Made by a program: the position numbers and the translations under genes. 64,000 nt of DNA, from NCBI RefSeq assembly GCF_000143415.4, contig NW_003314303.1, positions 987,389 to 1,051,388 of the forward strand, written 5' to 3'. How positions within the stretch are numbered: position 1 is the stretch's first letter; every line of letters starts with the position of its first letter. The notes under the pieces were generated by a model, which was not told where the DNA came from, ran no database searches, and saw nothing but the letters and a program-made list of their open reading frames with translations. Source of the stretch: Selaginella moellendorffii (lineage: Eukaryota > Plantae > Lycopodiophyta). Shown here one piece after another: positions 33,595-45,094 of the stretch.

Positions 33595-36500
33595 AGAAGG
33601 ACTATGGCATTTGATGGTGCCATGCATGTCTCCACCTTGCAACAAAACTTAATATCTGTCGCCAAGATATGTGATCAAAATATAATGGTAGTCTTTGATG
33701 CAAAGGGAGTCTTTTTTGTTGACTCTAGCGACTTTCACATGCTTGGTACACAGTTGCTTCATGGGCCATGCATTGGGGACTTATATAAAATCACTACTTC
33801 TGACCAAATTCAAGCCTTTCAAACCGTAAAGGGAGATTTTCATGTAGAGCTCTAGGACAAGAGACTTGATCATGTCCATTACCAATTTTTTCAATGGATG
33901 AAATCCCAAAATATTATTACTAGATTGGATTTCTGACATATCCTACATTTTGTGAAGCTTGTGTTTTAGGCAAGCATCACCGCCAGAATTTCTCACTAAG
34001 CAAACATTGAGCAATTGGACTTCTGGATTTTGTCCATTTTGATTTTTGTGGCCCCATGGACTTGCCAAGCCACGATGGTGTAAGATATTTCATCATATTC
34101 ATTGATGACTATAGCTGTTGGACATGCATCCACTTCTTGATGCATAAGAGTGATGTAGATGCTACATTTCCAACGTACAAAGCCTACGTTGAAAATCTCC
34201 TTGGTCGAAAGATAAAAGCTCTTCGAGTTGATGGTGGTGGTGAATACCTCAACAATGAGCTTCAGGGCATTTATCATGATGTAAGCATATGACTGCAAGC
34301 CATAGCCCATTACACCCCTTGGCAAAATGGTGTTGTAGAAAGGAAAAATCACACTTTTGTCAATGTTGCTTGTGCTTTATTAAATGATGCACATCTTGAC
34401 AAGATATTTTGGCAAGAGGCCATAGCCACAGCAATGCATGTCTAAAATCACCTTGCCATGGCTACTTTGGATGGAAAGCCCTTGAGGCATTTTGGACAGG
34501 TTCTACTCCTAATGTGTCCCACTTTCGGGTCTTTGGTTATGTAGCATATACACATACCCTTGATCAACTTCAGAAAAAACTAGATCCCAAAAGTAGAAAA
34601 TTCATCTTCATTGGATATGCATAGGATGACACCATTGAAGAAAAACTTACAAATTGTGGGATTTTGAATCTCACAAAGCCCTTGTAAGCACAGATGTTAT
34701 GTTCAACAAAGATGACTTTCCCATGTATACAAAGGTTCTTCAAAATCCTTTTTTCATTGCTAAGACTCAACTTGTTCCTTTGATCCCACTTATGGGAGAT
34801 GGTCCACTCTTGCCTCCACCTTTAAATCCTATTCATGAGTTGCCACTAGAGATTCCATTGGGGAATTCTCCACTTTTGAACATGCTTGAATCAGCTGATG
34901 CTCCTCCAGTCGAGGACAAGCCTCCGACACCCCCACCACCTTGTCAATGTTGTGGCATGCCTAATTTGATGCCAATTCTTGATCACCCTTAGGAATGTCA
35001 ACCCTCATTGAAAGTCCAAGAAAATGCTGACGCAAATGCTACAAAGCTTGATGACTTTTGTGGCCTTGTTGATGTCAGCATCCCCATGACCTATGATGAG
35101 GCCGTCTTAGGACCTGAGGCTCCATCTTGGATGGAGACCATTGCGAAAGAAGTTGCTTCCATTCGGGATAATGGAACTTATGTTCTAGTTGATTCAACAC
35201 CACCGGGATGACGTGTTTTGGATCCAAAATTGATTTTTTCCAAAAAGTATGGGAAAGATGGTCAGGTTATATGTTATAAGGCATGGTTGGTTATTCATAG
35301 ATTTTGCCAAGTCCATGGCCTTGACTATGATGAAACATTCTCGCTGGTTGTAAAAATGGCCAACCTTCGTACCCTTTTTGCACTTGCAGTTGCTCACAAA
35401 TGGCAAGTCTACCATATAGATGTCAAAATAGCATTTTTGAATGGGGATTTCTATATGCATATACCTCATGGTTTTGAGGATGATGTTGTCCCTTGTGGCC
35501 CTATATGGCAATTGCAGAAAGCTTTGTATGGCCTAAAACAGAGCTCCCGTATTTGGTATAAAAAATTTGATGCCACCCTACATGCTCAAGGTTCTCATTG
35601 CTACCATGCTGATTACAATGTGTATGTGAATGGTCATTCTGAGAACATGCTTATTATGGTCCTCTACATTGATGATTTGCTCATCATGGGTGATGACATC
35701 GATGCCATTGCTGCTCTGAAAGTTGCTCTCAACCAGTAGTTCTAGATGAAGGACCTTGGCCAGGTCTCCTACTTTCTTGGCTTTGAAGTCATACATGATC
35801 CTAAGTTTGGTGGCTACATGCTTAGCCAATGACGTAAGGTCGAAGTCTTGTTGAATCGGTTTGGTATGCGTGATTAACACCCCTTCAAGACCCTGATGGT
35901 TGTTGGTGGTATCAACCTCACAGTTGAGCAGTTTGGTGAGCCTCTACCCACTAGGACTCCCTATTAGCATCTCATTGGTTGCCTCATCTATTTGGCCCTG
36001 ATGACTTGCCTCGATATCACATATGCAACTATTGCCTTGAGTAAGTACAACACATCACCATACATTAGCAAGTTGCCAAGTGTATCATGAGATACCTCCG
36101 GGGCACTATGGACTATGGCATTGCTTATTCAGGGGGTGATGCATCATTGACATGCTACATGGATGTTAGCTTTGCCAACAACAAAGGCCATTGATCGACT
36201 TCTAGCATTTGCGTTTCCTTCTTAGGAGGTGCCATCACATGGGCCTCCAAGTGACAACCTATGGTGGCACTTTCTAGTGTAGAAGTGGAGTACATTGCAT
36301 TCACTACTGGTAGTAGGGACATGGTTTGGACTGAGGGTTACTTGCTGATCTAGGATGTGCACAAGTTGGCCCCACTAATTCTTGATGTGACAACCAAAGC
36401 AGCACTACCATGTCCAAGAACCCTGTCCACCATGCTCGCTCAAAGCACATTGAAGTCTAATTTCACTATGTGGGTGAGTTGGTTGACAGTGGCACCCTGG

Positions 36501-36600
36501 CCATCCATCTCGGGACACAGGACATGCCAGCTGACCTTCTCACCAAGCCGTTGGGGCCACACCAGTTTCAACTTCTATACAATAGATTTCGTTTGGTGAG
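33595..36600 (+). pseudogene. Copia pol (PR end, integrase, RT, RNase H), many stops and frameshifts
   Basis: NLISVAKI, CEACVLGK, RYFIIFIDDYS, LRVDGGGEY, QNGVVERKN, GLDYDETFS, LYGLKQSSR, LYIDDLL and ADLLTKPL. Confidence 0.93.
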
Positions 36601-36621
36601 TTGCTTCGGTTTGGGGGGGAG

Positions 36622-36708
36622 TGTTACACAACACACTTCACCACATAGACATTAGGGTTTTCCTATTCTGTTCGCTAGTGCGGTGCATTTTGATCCTGAT
36701 TTGTCTCA
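36622..36708 (+). repeat. Copia 3' LTR (87 bp)
   Basis: Follows the G-rich PPT and is followed by TSD GTCTT. Confidence 0.9.
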
Positions 36709-36909
36709 GTCTTGACATGGCAAGTTACAAGTCATATATGCATGGATATATTGCATGGAGACCAAGGTTAGAACTCCAAAACATATGCAAAAGAAAACAA
36801 GCAAATGCCCAATCAATCATGCTTTGCCTTTCACTTTGTCATTATTGTGGGGTTATTAGCAAGCTCTTAAGAACTAAAGTGAAACGATTAGCCTGGAAGA
36901 GTTAAAGAT

Positions 36910-37866
36910 TATTGTGAATGTGACATTAGATATCAAAAGATATTTTTTGGTAAGTCCTTATAATCACTATCTTTTTATTGTAACAATGGTAAGAGATCGG
37001 TATTGTTAATTCTTTTTTGTTAGTCTCTTTTGTTTAAGTGTAGTAAACTGGGTTTAGCATTTGTATTTAGTCAAATAAACATAAAATAGGAACTCTTATG
37101 TGTTTTTTTACTGAATATACTTGATATGGCTTTTAATTCTCTTTTGCTTTATCTTACACTAACTTGGCAAGAACTCTCATGTATTCTTAATATTGTTATA
37201 TAATAGATTACTGTGTCCATTAAACACCCTCATTATCATGCCTTATGTGTTGATCTTATTTCAGTCCCATATGCTATTTATGATAAGTGCCTAGATTTAT
37301 TTATAGAATATAGAGAGTGTTCTAAANNNNNNNNNNNNNNNNNNNNNNNNNNNNNNNNNNNNNNNNNNNNNNNNNNNNNNNNNNNNNNNNNNNNNNNNNN
37401 NNNNNNNNNNNNNNNNNNNNNNNNNNGTATATGAAATTATGCTAAATTTGTTAAACATTGTTTTGTGTGGAAGAGTTGAATATATGAGTGGGGTGTTGGT
37501 AGGGGAAATTAAGTGAGTACCATACCCTCATTTCATAGCACAAAGAGCTTAGAGTTTGATTTTAAAAGGTGTGCTATATTTTGTATCAGATGAATTATTT
37601 TAGTGATTTTTATCCAACTTTTGTTGGAGTTTCTAACTTTAGTTGTAGGCCTATATAGGATTAACTTGATTATACCATTCAGTAAAAACATTATATGCAT
37701 GTTTATTTATTAATAAAGACATGCATACAAATAATATGATGGTGAAATAGAACTATATTGATGATGTTGAGACCTCTAGATGAGCAAATCAATAATAAGA
37801 AACTCTTACTGAAGATACTGTAGAAGAAGATAAAGCTGAGTCAGAGGAGGAAGAGCTTGGGCTAGA
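36910..37866 (+). mobile_element. 5' LTR, PBS and gag start of a decayed Gypsy element (same family as 57697-64000)
   Basis: LTR start resembles 57697 and 63785; TTGTATCAGA PBS at ~37581; 37737-37866 is similar to the gag start at 58368-58490; contains an N gap at 37327-37426. Confidence 0.6.
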
Positions 37867-38271
37867 TGTTGTGAATGTGACTTCGGGTATCGAAAGTTAT
37901 CTATTGGCTAGTCCTTTTAGATATTTTTTCTTTACTGCCACGACGGTAGGAAGTCTATATTGTTGGTTCCTTTTATCAACCCTTTTTATTCAAGTGTTAA
38001 TTTATTGGGCTTAGCATCTGTACTTAGCCAGATGAACATAAGGTAGAAACTCCTATGTGTTTCTAGTTGAGCATTATTGGCCTAGCTCTTAGTTCTCTTT
38101 TGCTCTATCTTGCACTAGCTTGGCAAGAACCCTCTTGTATTAAGACTAGTGCCTCAATATCACTAGATGATATCTTACTATATTTGCCAAACACTCTCGC
38201 TATCATGCCGTTTCCATTAGTCTTGTTTCGGTTCTAAACACTATTTATGGAAAGTGTCTAGATTTACTCAT

Positions 38272-39925
38272 TATGAGACACAAATCCCTAAGCCCCAAAG
38301 AGGAGCCAAAAAGGTGCCATGTGGTAGTGGCCGAAGTGAAAGCCAAACAAGCGTAACACATTTGGATTAAAAGCTCTAAGTCAAAAAGTTGAGGGCGGGA
38401 GTGGAACTCCCAATGAAGTGCTCAAGAAACGAGCACAAAGCGAGTAATAAGCGAGGCTCTAAAAAAGGGACACAAAAGGACCAACATATGATATGTGAAA
38501 GTGTCCAAGATGGAGTCCAAGAAGGAGTCCAACATGGAGTCCGAGATGGAGTCCAAGATGGATCCGAAATGGAGTCCGAGATAGACCCGAGATGGAGTCC
38601 GAGACGGTGTCCGAGAGGGAGTCTGAGATGGAGTCCGAGATGGACTCAAGATGGAGTCCGAGATGGAGTTTGAGATGGACCCGAGATGGAGTCCGAGATG
38701 GTATCCGAGAGGGAGTCTGAGATGGAGTCCGAGATGGACTCAAGATGGAGTCCGAGATGGAGTTCGAGATGGACCCGAGATAGAGTCCGAGATGGACCTG
38801 AGATGGAGTCCAAGATGGAGCCCAAGATGGACCCAAGGTGGAGTTCGAGATGGAGTCTGAGTTCGAGATGGAGTCTGACTCGAGATGGAGTCTGAGATGG
38901 ACTTTGAGATGGAACCAAGACAGAGATCGAGACTGAGACTGAGACCGAGACCGAGGGGGGGGGGGGGGGGGAAGGCTGTAGAGGGTGGTTCCAAAAGTAT
39001 AGTAGAGAGAGTGTAAGGATTGGACCCCAGTGTGGATTGGAGCCTAGGAAGGCTGTACCCAAGTGTTGGGTGATGAGATATCCACTGGGAAGTCCAAGGC
39101 TAAAATGAATACGGACTGACAAGCAGGGTAGCTTGGTGAAGTGTTCAAGAGCTAGCTTTAGTTCCCATGGGAGATCAAATGGTCGATGCTCCCAATTCAA
39201 GTGTGGGTGGCACTACCTACTTGGATACCTGGCATGGCTTAACGGAACCTCACTTTAAGCCTATGGCTAGAGCACCCAAAGGCAGAAGGTTGGGAGAGAG
39301 TACCCATGAGGCTCGCGTAAAGCTATGGTGTTCCAAAATGTTGTCTCAAAGTCCCAGACTGTGGAAAGGAAGAGGGGCAGTCCTCTGGTGTAGTGACCAA
39401 GGCTATGGTCACATAGTGTGGAAGTCCCAAAGGACCATACGACTTAGTGGTCAGGCCTGTGGGCCTTGACCTAGTGGTAGTGTCGGCGAATACAGCCATG
39501 GACAAAAAGGGACTTGGTGGGGACTAGAAAAGGGATATTAAGGAAAGCTATTCCCCATGTTTGTGGGCATTTTAAGGATGCTAAGGAGTGAATTTGGGAT
39601 GACCACTCATGGATGGATAGTCCAGTTTGTGAAAGATAGGACTGTGATGCAAGTGGTGTTGGACCACCAATGTGGCAAAGGTGAATGAGCATGGCTTTAG
39701 TGTAACGGGCCAATATGTCGATGGTACCTTTGGGTGTCAGTCATAAGATCAGATATGTAGAGCACTTAGACCAAATGCAAAGGTTGAGTGGCATAGATGC
39801 CATTCTCGGGGCTAGCAAGCCCCAAGTCTTAAATTGGATTTATAGAGGTTGTGAATGTGACTCCTCCAAGTGGTCAAAGGTTTGGTTAAGTGATTAAAGT
39901 AGAATGGAAAATTTAATCGCTTACA
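38272..39925 (+). mobile_element. solo LTR (~1.65 kb) containing a 12-bp GAGATGGAGTCC minisatellite
   Basis: TA(TG)..CA ends; TSD CTCAT on both sides; homologous to 51891-53590; strand not firmly determined. Confidence 0.85.
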
Positions 39926-40144
39926 CTCATTTGGCATATCTATGGAATGTAGACATTCTTTTAAACACAATGGTGTTCATCCCGTATCTAAATTCACAAT
40001 TTAGGGACATTCCATATTTGATAAGTTTTGAGCTTATCCCAAAATTACCTCTTGGTACTAAAGGTGGTTAAAGGTGAAAGCATAAAGCATGGGTGGGTGG
40101 CAGGGGGCTATTAGGGGTTCCAAATGTATAGTAGGGATAGTGGG

Positions 40145-43100
40145 TGTCAGGAATCCCTCAATTCTTGCCACATTCCTGACTCTCACCGGATTCCTGACCT
40201 GCAGACCACATTCCTGACTCTCGAGACACTTCCCTATTCCTAACTCTCTGACTTCCTGTATGATTCTTGAGTCTCGAGCCAGATTCCTGATGATGATGTG
40301 GCGCCTCCTCGACCTCAGCTATATTTAGGCCATCCTCGATCTAAGAGTGGTGGAGCTTAGTCAACCTATAGTATATAGAGGTTAGCCTTGTTCCATTTCT
40401 CCACAATCTGAATCAACACCAATCTAAGGCCTCTTCTTTGTTATTCACTAGCTTTTCTCTTTGTCTTTTGCATTTTCTAGTCTTGATCTTGTTAGGGGTC
40501 TTGACAGTTTGATTCAGATTGTGGTTTTTTGTTTTTTGCTTTAGCTCGTTTTGATTGTTTGATTGCCTTTGCCTTTTTTCCCTCTTTTTTCTTTCTTCTT
40601 TTCCAATGGAGTCTCCACGCCATCCTGATTTCTTTGCTGAAGTCCTTGCAAAAATCCAGTCTGAGAATACTGAGCTGAAGGCGACCCTTCTTCGCATGCA
40701 GCAGGAACTTGCTTCACTTTTGGCTCAAGGATCCAGCAAAGTTCCTAAACCGAAGGTGAGTTTCCCGGCGAAATTTTTAGGGAAGCGTTCGGAGCTTCGC
40801 GGATTCCTGAACCAGATGGAGCTGATCTTCGCACTTCAACATCAGCAGTACCCCACTCCCGAGTCTCAAATCGGTGCGATTGGGACGTTGCTCAAAGGTG
40901 CAGCTTTGTCATGGTTTTCTCCTCTCCTGGAGAAGAGCACGAAAGGGGTCGTGGTTCCGGAGCTGATGGATCTTCAATTGTTCAAAGAGAAGCTCGAAGC
41001 ATGTTTTGGCGAGACGGATCGGGTTCGGGCTGCCACCACAAAGATGAGACGTCTTTCTCAAGGGTCTCGTCCTGCCTCGATCTATGCTGCAGAGTTCCAA
41101 CTCCTTGCCTTGGACACTCAGTGGGATGAGCAGGCCCTGATTGATCAATTTCGTTATGGCTTCAACAACAGTGTCAAGGATTTGTTGCTCACCATGGAGG
41201 ATCCCACAGACTTGTCGGACACCATCAACAAAGCTGTTCGATGCGACAATCGTCTCTTTGAACGTCGTCAGGAAAGTCGCCGTGCCGCCGTTTTCCCGTC
41301 CCAGACTCAGGAATCCCAGCTTGAGTCTTCAGGGCATACTCCTGAACCTACTGCTCCGGTCCCGATGGATATTTCTGGTACTCCCCAACTCATTAGAGGG
41401 AAGTTGAGTCCTGCTGAGAAGCAACGTCGAATATCTCATAATCTTTACCTCTACTGTGCTGATCCTAATCACAAAGCAGCTGTGTGTTCCAAGAAGCCTC
41501 CCTGACTGCTCGAGTTCACTTTGCCTCAAAGTCCACCTTTGTTGCAATCGGGAAACGACCCTGTCCAAACAAAGTAGGAGCTGTCTGTTTGGACTCCCCG
41601 AATAAAAATCACTTCTCTTCTTTATCAAGCTCCTCACCACCTTTCATCAAAGCCACCACCAATTCCCGCAACTTCCGCATCCCATGTCTCCTTTCTTTCA
41701 CCGGACAATCAGGACTCAAGGCTCTAGTGCTACTGGACTCGGGTGCAACTTCCTGCTTCATGGACATGGACTTTGCTGCCCGACATCACGTTCCTCTTTC
41801 TCCTACCATACGGGATCTGCGGGTTGAAAGTATTGGCGGGCATTTTGTGTCTCCCTCTTCTGGACTTAGGGAAACATTGCCCGTTCGAGTACACATCGGC
41901 TCCACCGTCACCGATATCGCCTTCAACATCATCAACAGCAAGTCCTCCTCTGTGGTGCTTGGCCTCCCTTGGTTCCAACTACATCAGCCTCAAATCTATT
42001 GGAAGGAATCAAAGCTTGTCTCTCCCACATCACCATCTTCCATGGCTTCCCCTGCTGTTCATTGAGTCCGAATCAAGAAAAGTTCCCTAAACTCAAATCG
42101 GGGATCTATTCTTGACTCTACGAAGTTTTCACCCTCTTCTTTTTCCTCTCTTCCATCTTCCACTGGACAATATCCTCGTCTCATCATTCCATTTAGTCGT
42201 ATGCCTTCTCCTATCTCCACAATCACTATGAAAGAACTCCTTCATGAAGAACTTCTTTTCCTTTTTGCTTTGCATGTTTCTCCTGTCAGTCTTCTTGAGA
42301 AGTATCATGATTTTGGGGATGTGTTTGACAAGAAAAAAGCTAGTGTCTTGCCTGTTCATCGGCCTTATAACTGTCCCATTGATTTACAGGAAGGAGTGTC
42401 ACCTCCGTGGGGGCCTATCTACGGGTTATCCCCGTCTGAGCTTCAGGCCCTCAAAGAGTACGTGGATCAGAACCTTGCCTCGGGGTATATTCAGCATTCA
42501 CAGTCCCCGGCTGGAGCACCTGTCTTCTTTGTCAAGAAGAAGGACGGGAGTTTGCGGCTAGTCATCGACTACCGAGGTTTGAACAAGGTGACTGTTCGGA
42601 ACTGTTATCCGCTGCCCCTGATCTCGGACATGTTGGAACGCCTCGGCAGTGCCCGCTTCTTCACCAAAATCGACCTCCGTGGAGCATACAACCTGATCCG
42701 GATCTGGCCTGGTGATGAATGGAAGACTGCATTCTGAACCCGCTATGGCCACTTCGAGTACACTGTCATGCCATTTGGCTTGACAAATACTCCAGCAGTT
42801 TTTCAACACATGGCAAACAACATCTTTCGGGAGTTTCTTGATCAGATGCTGATCGTCTACCTCGATGACATCCTCATCTACTCAAAAACTCAGGAGGAGC
42901 ACGACGAACATGTACGTAAAGTGTTGGCGAAGTTGTGAGAACACGGCCTATACGCGAAGCTTGAGAAATGTTCCTTTGATCAGCAGTCTGTGGAGTTCCT
43001 TGGGTACATTGTCACTCCTGAGGGTATCACGATGGATCCTGCCAAAGTCAAGACTATTCTCGAATGGGAGCTTCCCCAATCAATGTTGGACGTTCAAGTT

Positions 43101-45094
43101 TTCCTTGGCTTCGCCAACTTCTATCGCAAATTCATTGATCACTACTCTGACATTGTCCTTCCTCTCACACATCTCACTCGCAAGGATGTTCCCTTCTCTT
43201 GGTCTGCTGTTGCACAGCAGGCCTTCGACACACTCAAGGCGGCCTTCAGTTCTGCTCCCATCTTGATCCACGCTGATCCTTCACAACCTTTCTTCATCGA
43301 GGCTGACGCCTCCGACTTTGCCATTGGTGCTGTGCTATCTCAACTCGGAGCGGATCAAGAACTTCATCTGGTCGCTTTCCATTCTCGGAAATTCCAGCCG
43401 GCGGAGATCAATTATGAAATCCACGACAAGGAGCTCCTTGCTATTGTGGATTCCTTTGGAGAGTGGCGTCGTTTCTTGGAGGGGGCAGGCCATCAAACAA
43501 CGGTCTGGACGGATCACAAAAATCTCGAGTACTTTGCCACTTCCCGAGTTTTGAGCCGTCGTCAAGCAAGGTGGGCACAATTCCTGAGTCGGTTTGACTT
43601 TGTTATCAAGTACAGACCTGGAAAGCTTCAAGGCCTTCCTGATGCTCTTTCAAGGCGCTCCTATCTCAGTCTCAGGCTTGGTAATCCTGCCTTTGATCAA
43701 CAAGATCACGTTATCCTCGGTTCTGATCGGCTTCAAGTTATGGCAATTTCCCTAGCCCCTCAGGACTCCTCCTTGATGGATGCGATTAGAAACGATCTTC
43801 AATCCGATGATCTCGCCAACGACATTTTCCCCCATCTTCAGGCTGGACATCCAGTGACTCCCGACTGCTGGCGATTTGACGAGTTCGAGTTCTTAGATGG
43901 CTTATTGTACCGTGGGGAGCAGCTTTACGTTCCTGAAGGTGATGCTCGAAGGTTGGTTCTGATGGCGTGCCACGATAGCCAGACTGCTGGTCACTTCGGC
44001 ATTGCAAAAACCTATGAGCTGGTTGCACGGGATTTTTGGTTTCCTTCTCCATCCGACTCCTCTTGTTCAAATCCCCGCTCTGAGGCATTTGTCTCCAACC
44101 TCCAGGAAATCCACAACTCCATCTCCTTCCATCTCCATCGTGCTCAGGAATCTCACAAAACATTTACCAATATCCATCGTCAGGATTGTCCCCCTTACAA
44201 TATCGGGGATAAAGTCTGGCTCCTCAGGAGAAATATCTCCACCACCAGGCCCTGTCCAAAACTTGATTTCAAATGCCTTGGTCCATTCCCTATCACTGCC
44301 ATCATTAATCCTGTCACTTATCACCTTGCACTTCCTTCCTCATATCAAATTCACCCCGTTTTTCACTCCTCTCTCCTTGAGCCTTATATTCCCAGTCCTA
44401 TTCCAAATCGGGTCATTCCTCCACCTCCACCAGTGCAGCTCGAGGATGGGTCTGAGTACGAGGTTCAGGACATCCTTGATTCCAAGATTTCACGGTCTAA
44501 ACTCTACTATCTGTTTGGTCGATTGGAAGGGTTATGGACCTGAGGAACGCACTTGGGAAACTGTGGACAACCTAATTCATTCTCCTGACCTTGTTCAGGA
44601 CTTCCACCGCCGCTATCCTTCTCGTCCCAGTCCCCATTCTTTTTCTCCATCTCCCATCACTCGCCGCTCATCTCATCCTCCTCTTCGTTCACGTTCACGT
44701 CCTCGTTCCTCTTGTTCTTGAGGAGGGGGTGCTATCAGGAATCCCCCAATTCTTGCCACATTCCTGACTCTCACCGGATTCCTGACCTGCAGACCACATT
44801 CCTGACTCTCAAGACACTTCCCTATTCCTAACTCTCTGACTTCCTGCATGATTCTTGAGTCTCGAGCCAGATTCCTGATGATGATGTTGCACCTCCTCGA
44901 CCTTAGCTATATTTAGGCCATCCTCGATCTAAGAGTGGTGGAGCTTCATTAACCTATAGTATATATAGGTTAGCCTTGTTCCATTTCTCCACAATCTGAA
45001 TCAACACTAGTCTAAGGCTTCTTCTTTGTTATTCACTAGCTTTTCTCTTTGTCTTTTGCATTTTCTAGTCTTGATCTTGTTGGGGGTCTTGACA
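40145..45094 (+). mobile_element. Ty3/Gypsy chromovirus (Tcn1/Tf1-like), integrase core deleted
   Basis: 362-bp LTRs at 40145-40506 and 44733-45094 (roughly 96% identical by eye); TSD GTGGG; PPT GAGGAGGGGG. Confidence 0.95.
40607..44721 (+). pseudogene. chromovirus gag-pol (gag, PR, RT, RH, truncated INT, chromodomain)
   Basis: [62 protein letters not shown] and [25 protein letters not shown]. Confidence 0.93.

Larger units (their letters stand above)
20033..36708 (+). mobile_element. Ty1/Copia LTR retrotransposon, degenerate, interrupted by a MULE and a Cassandra TRIM
   Basis: Matching TG..CA LTRs at 20033-20117 and 36622-36708; TSD GTCTT on both sides; degenerate Met PBS TGGTATTGGAG at 20118; PPT GGGGGGGAG before the 3' LTR; domain order gag, PR, INT, RT, RH. 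Confidence 0.93.

Noticed and set aside
38389-39000. SR/SP-rich ORFs (also at 51985-52795)
   Set aside because: Translations of the 12-bp and 6-bp repeats inside solo LTRs.
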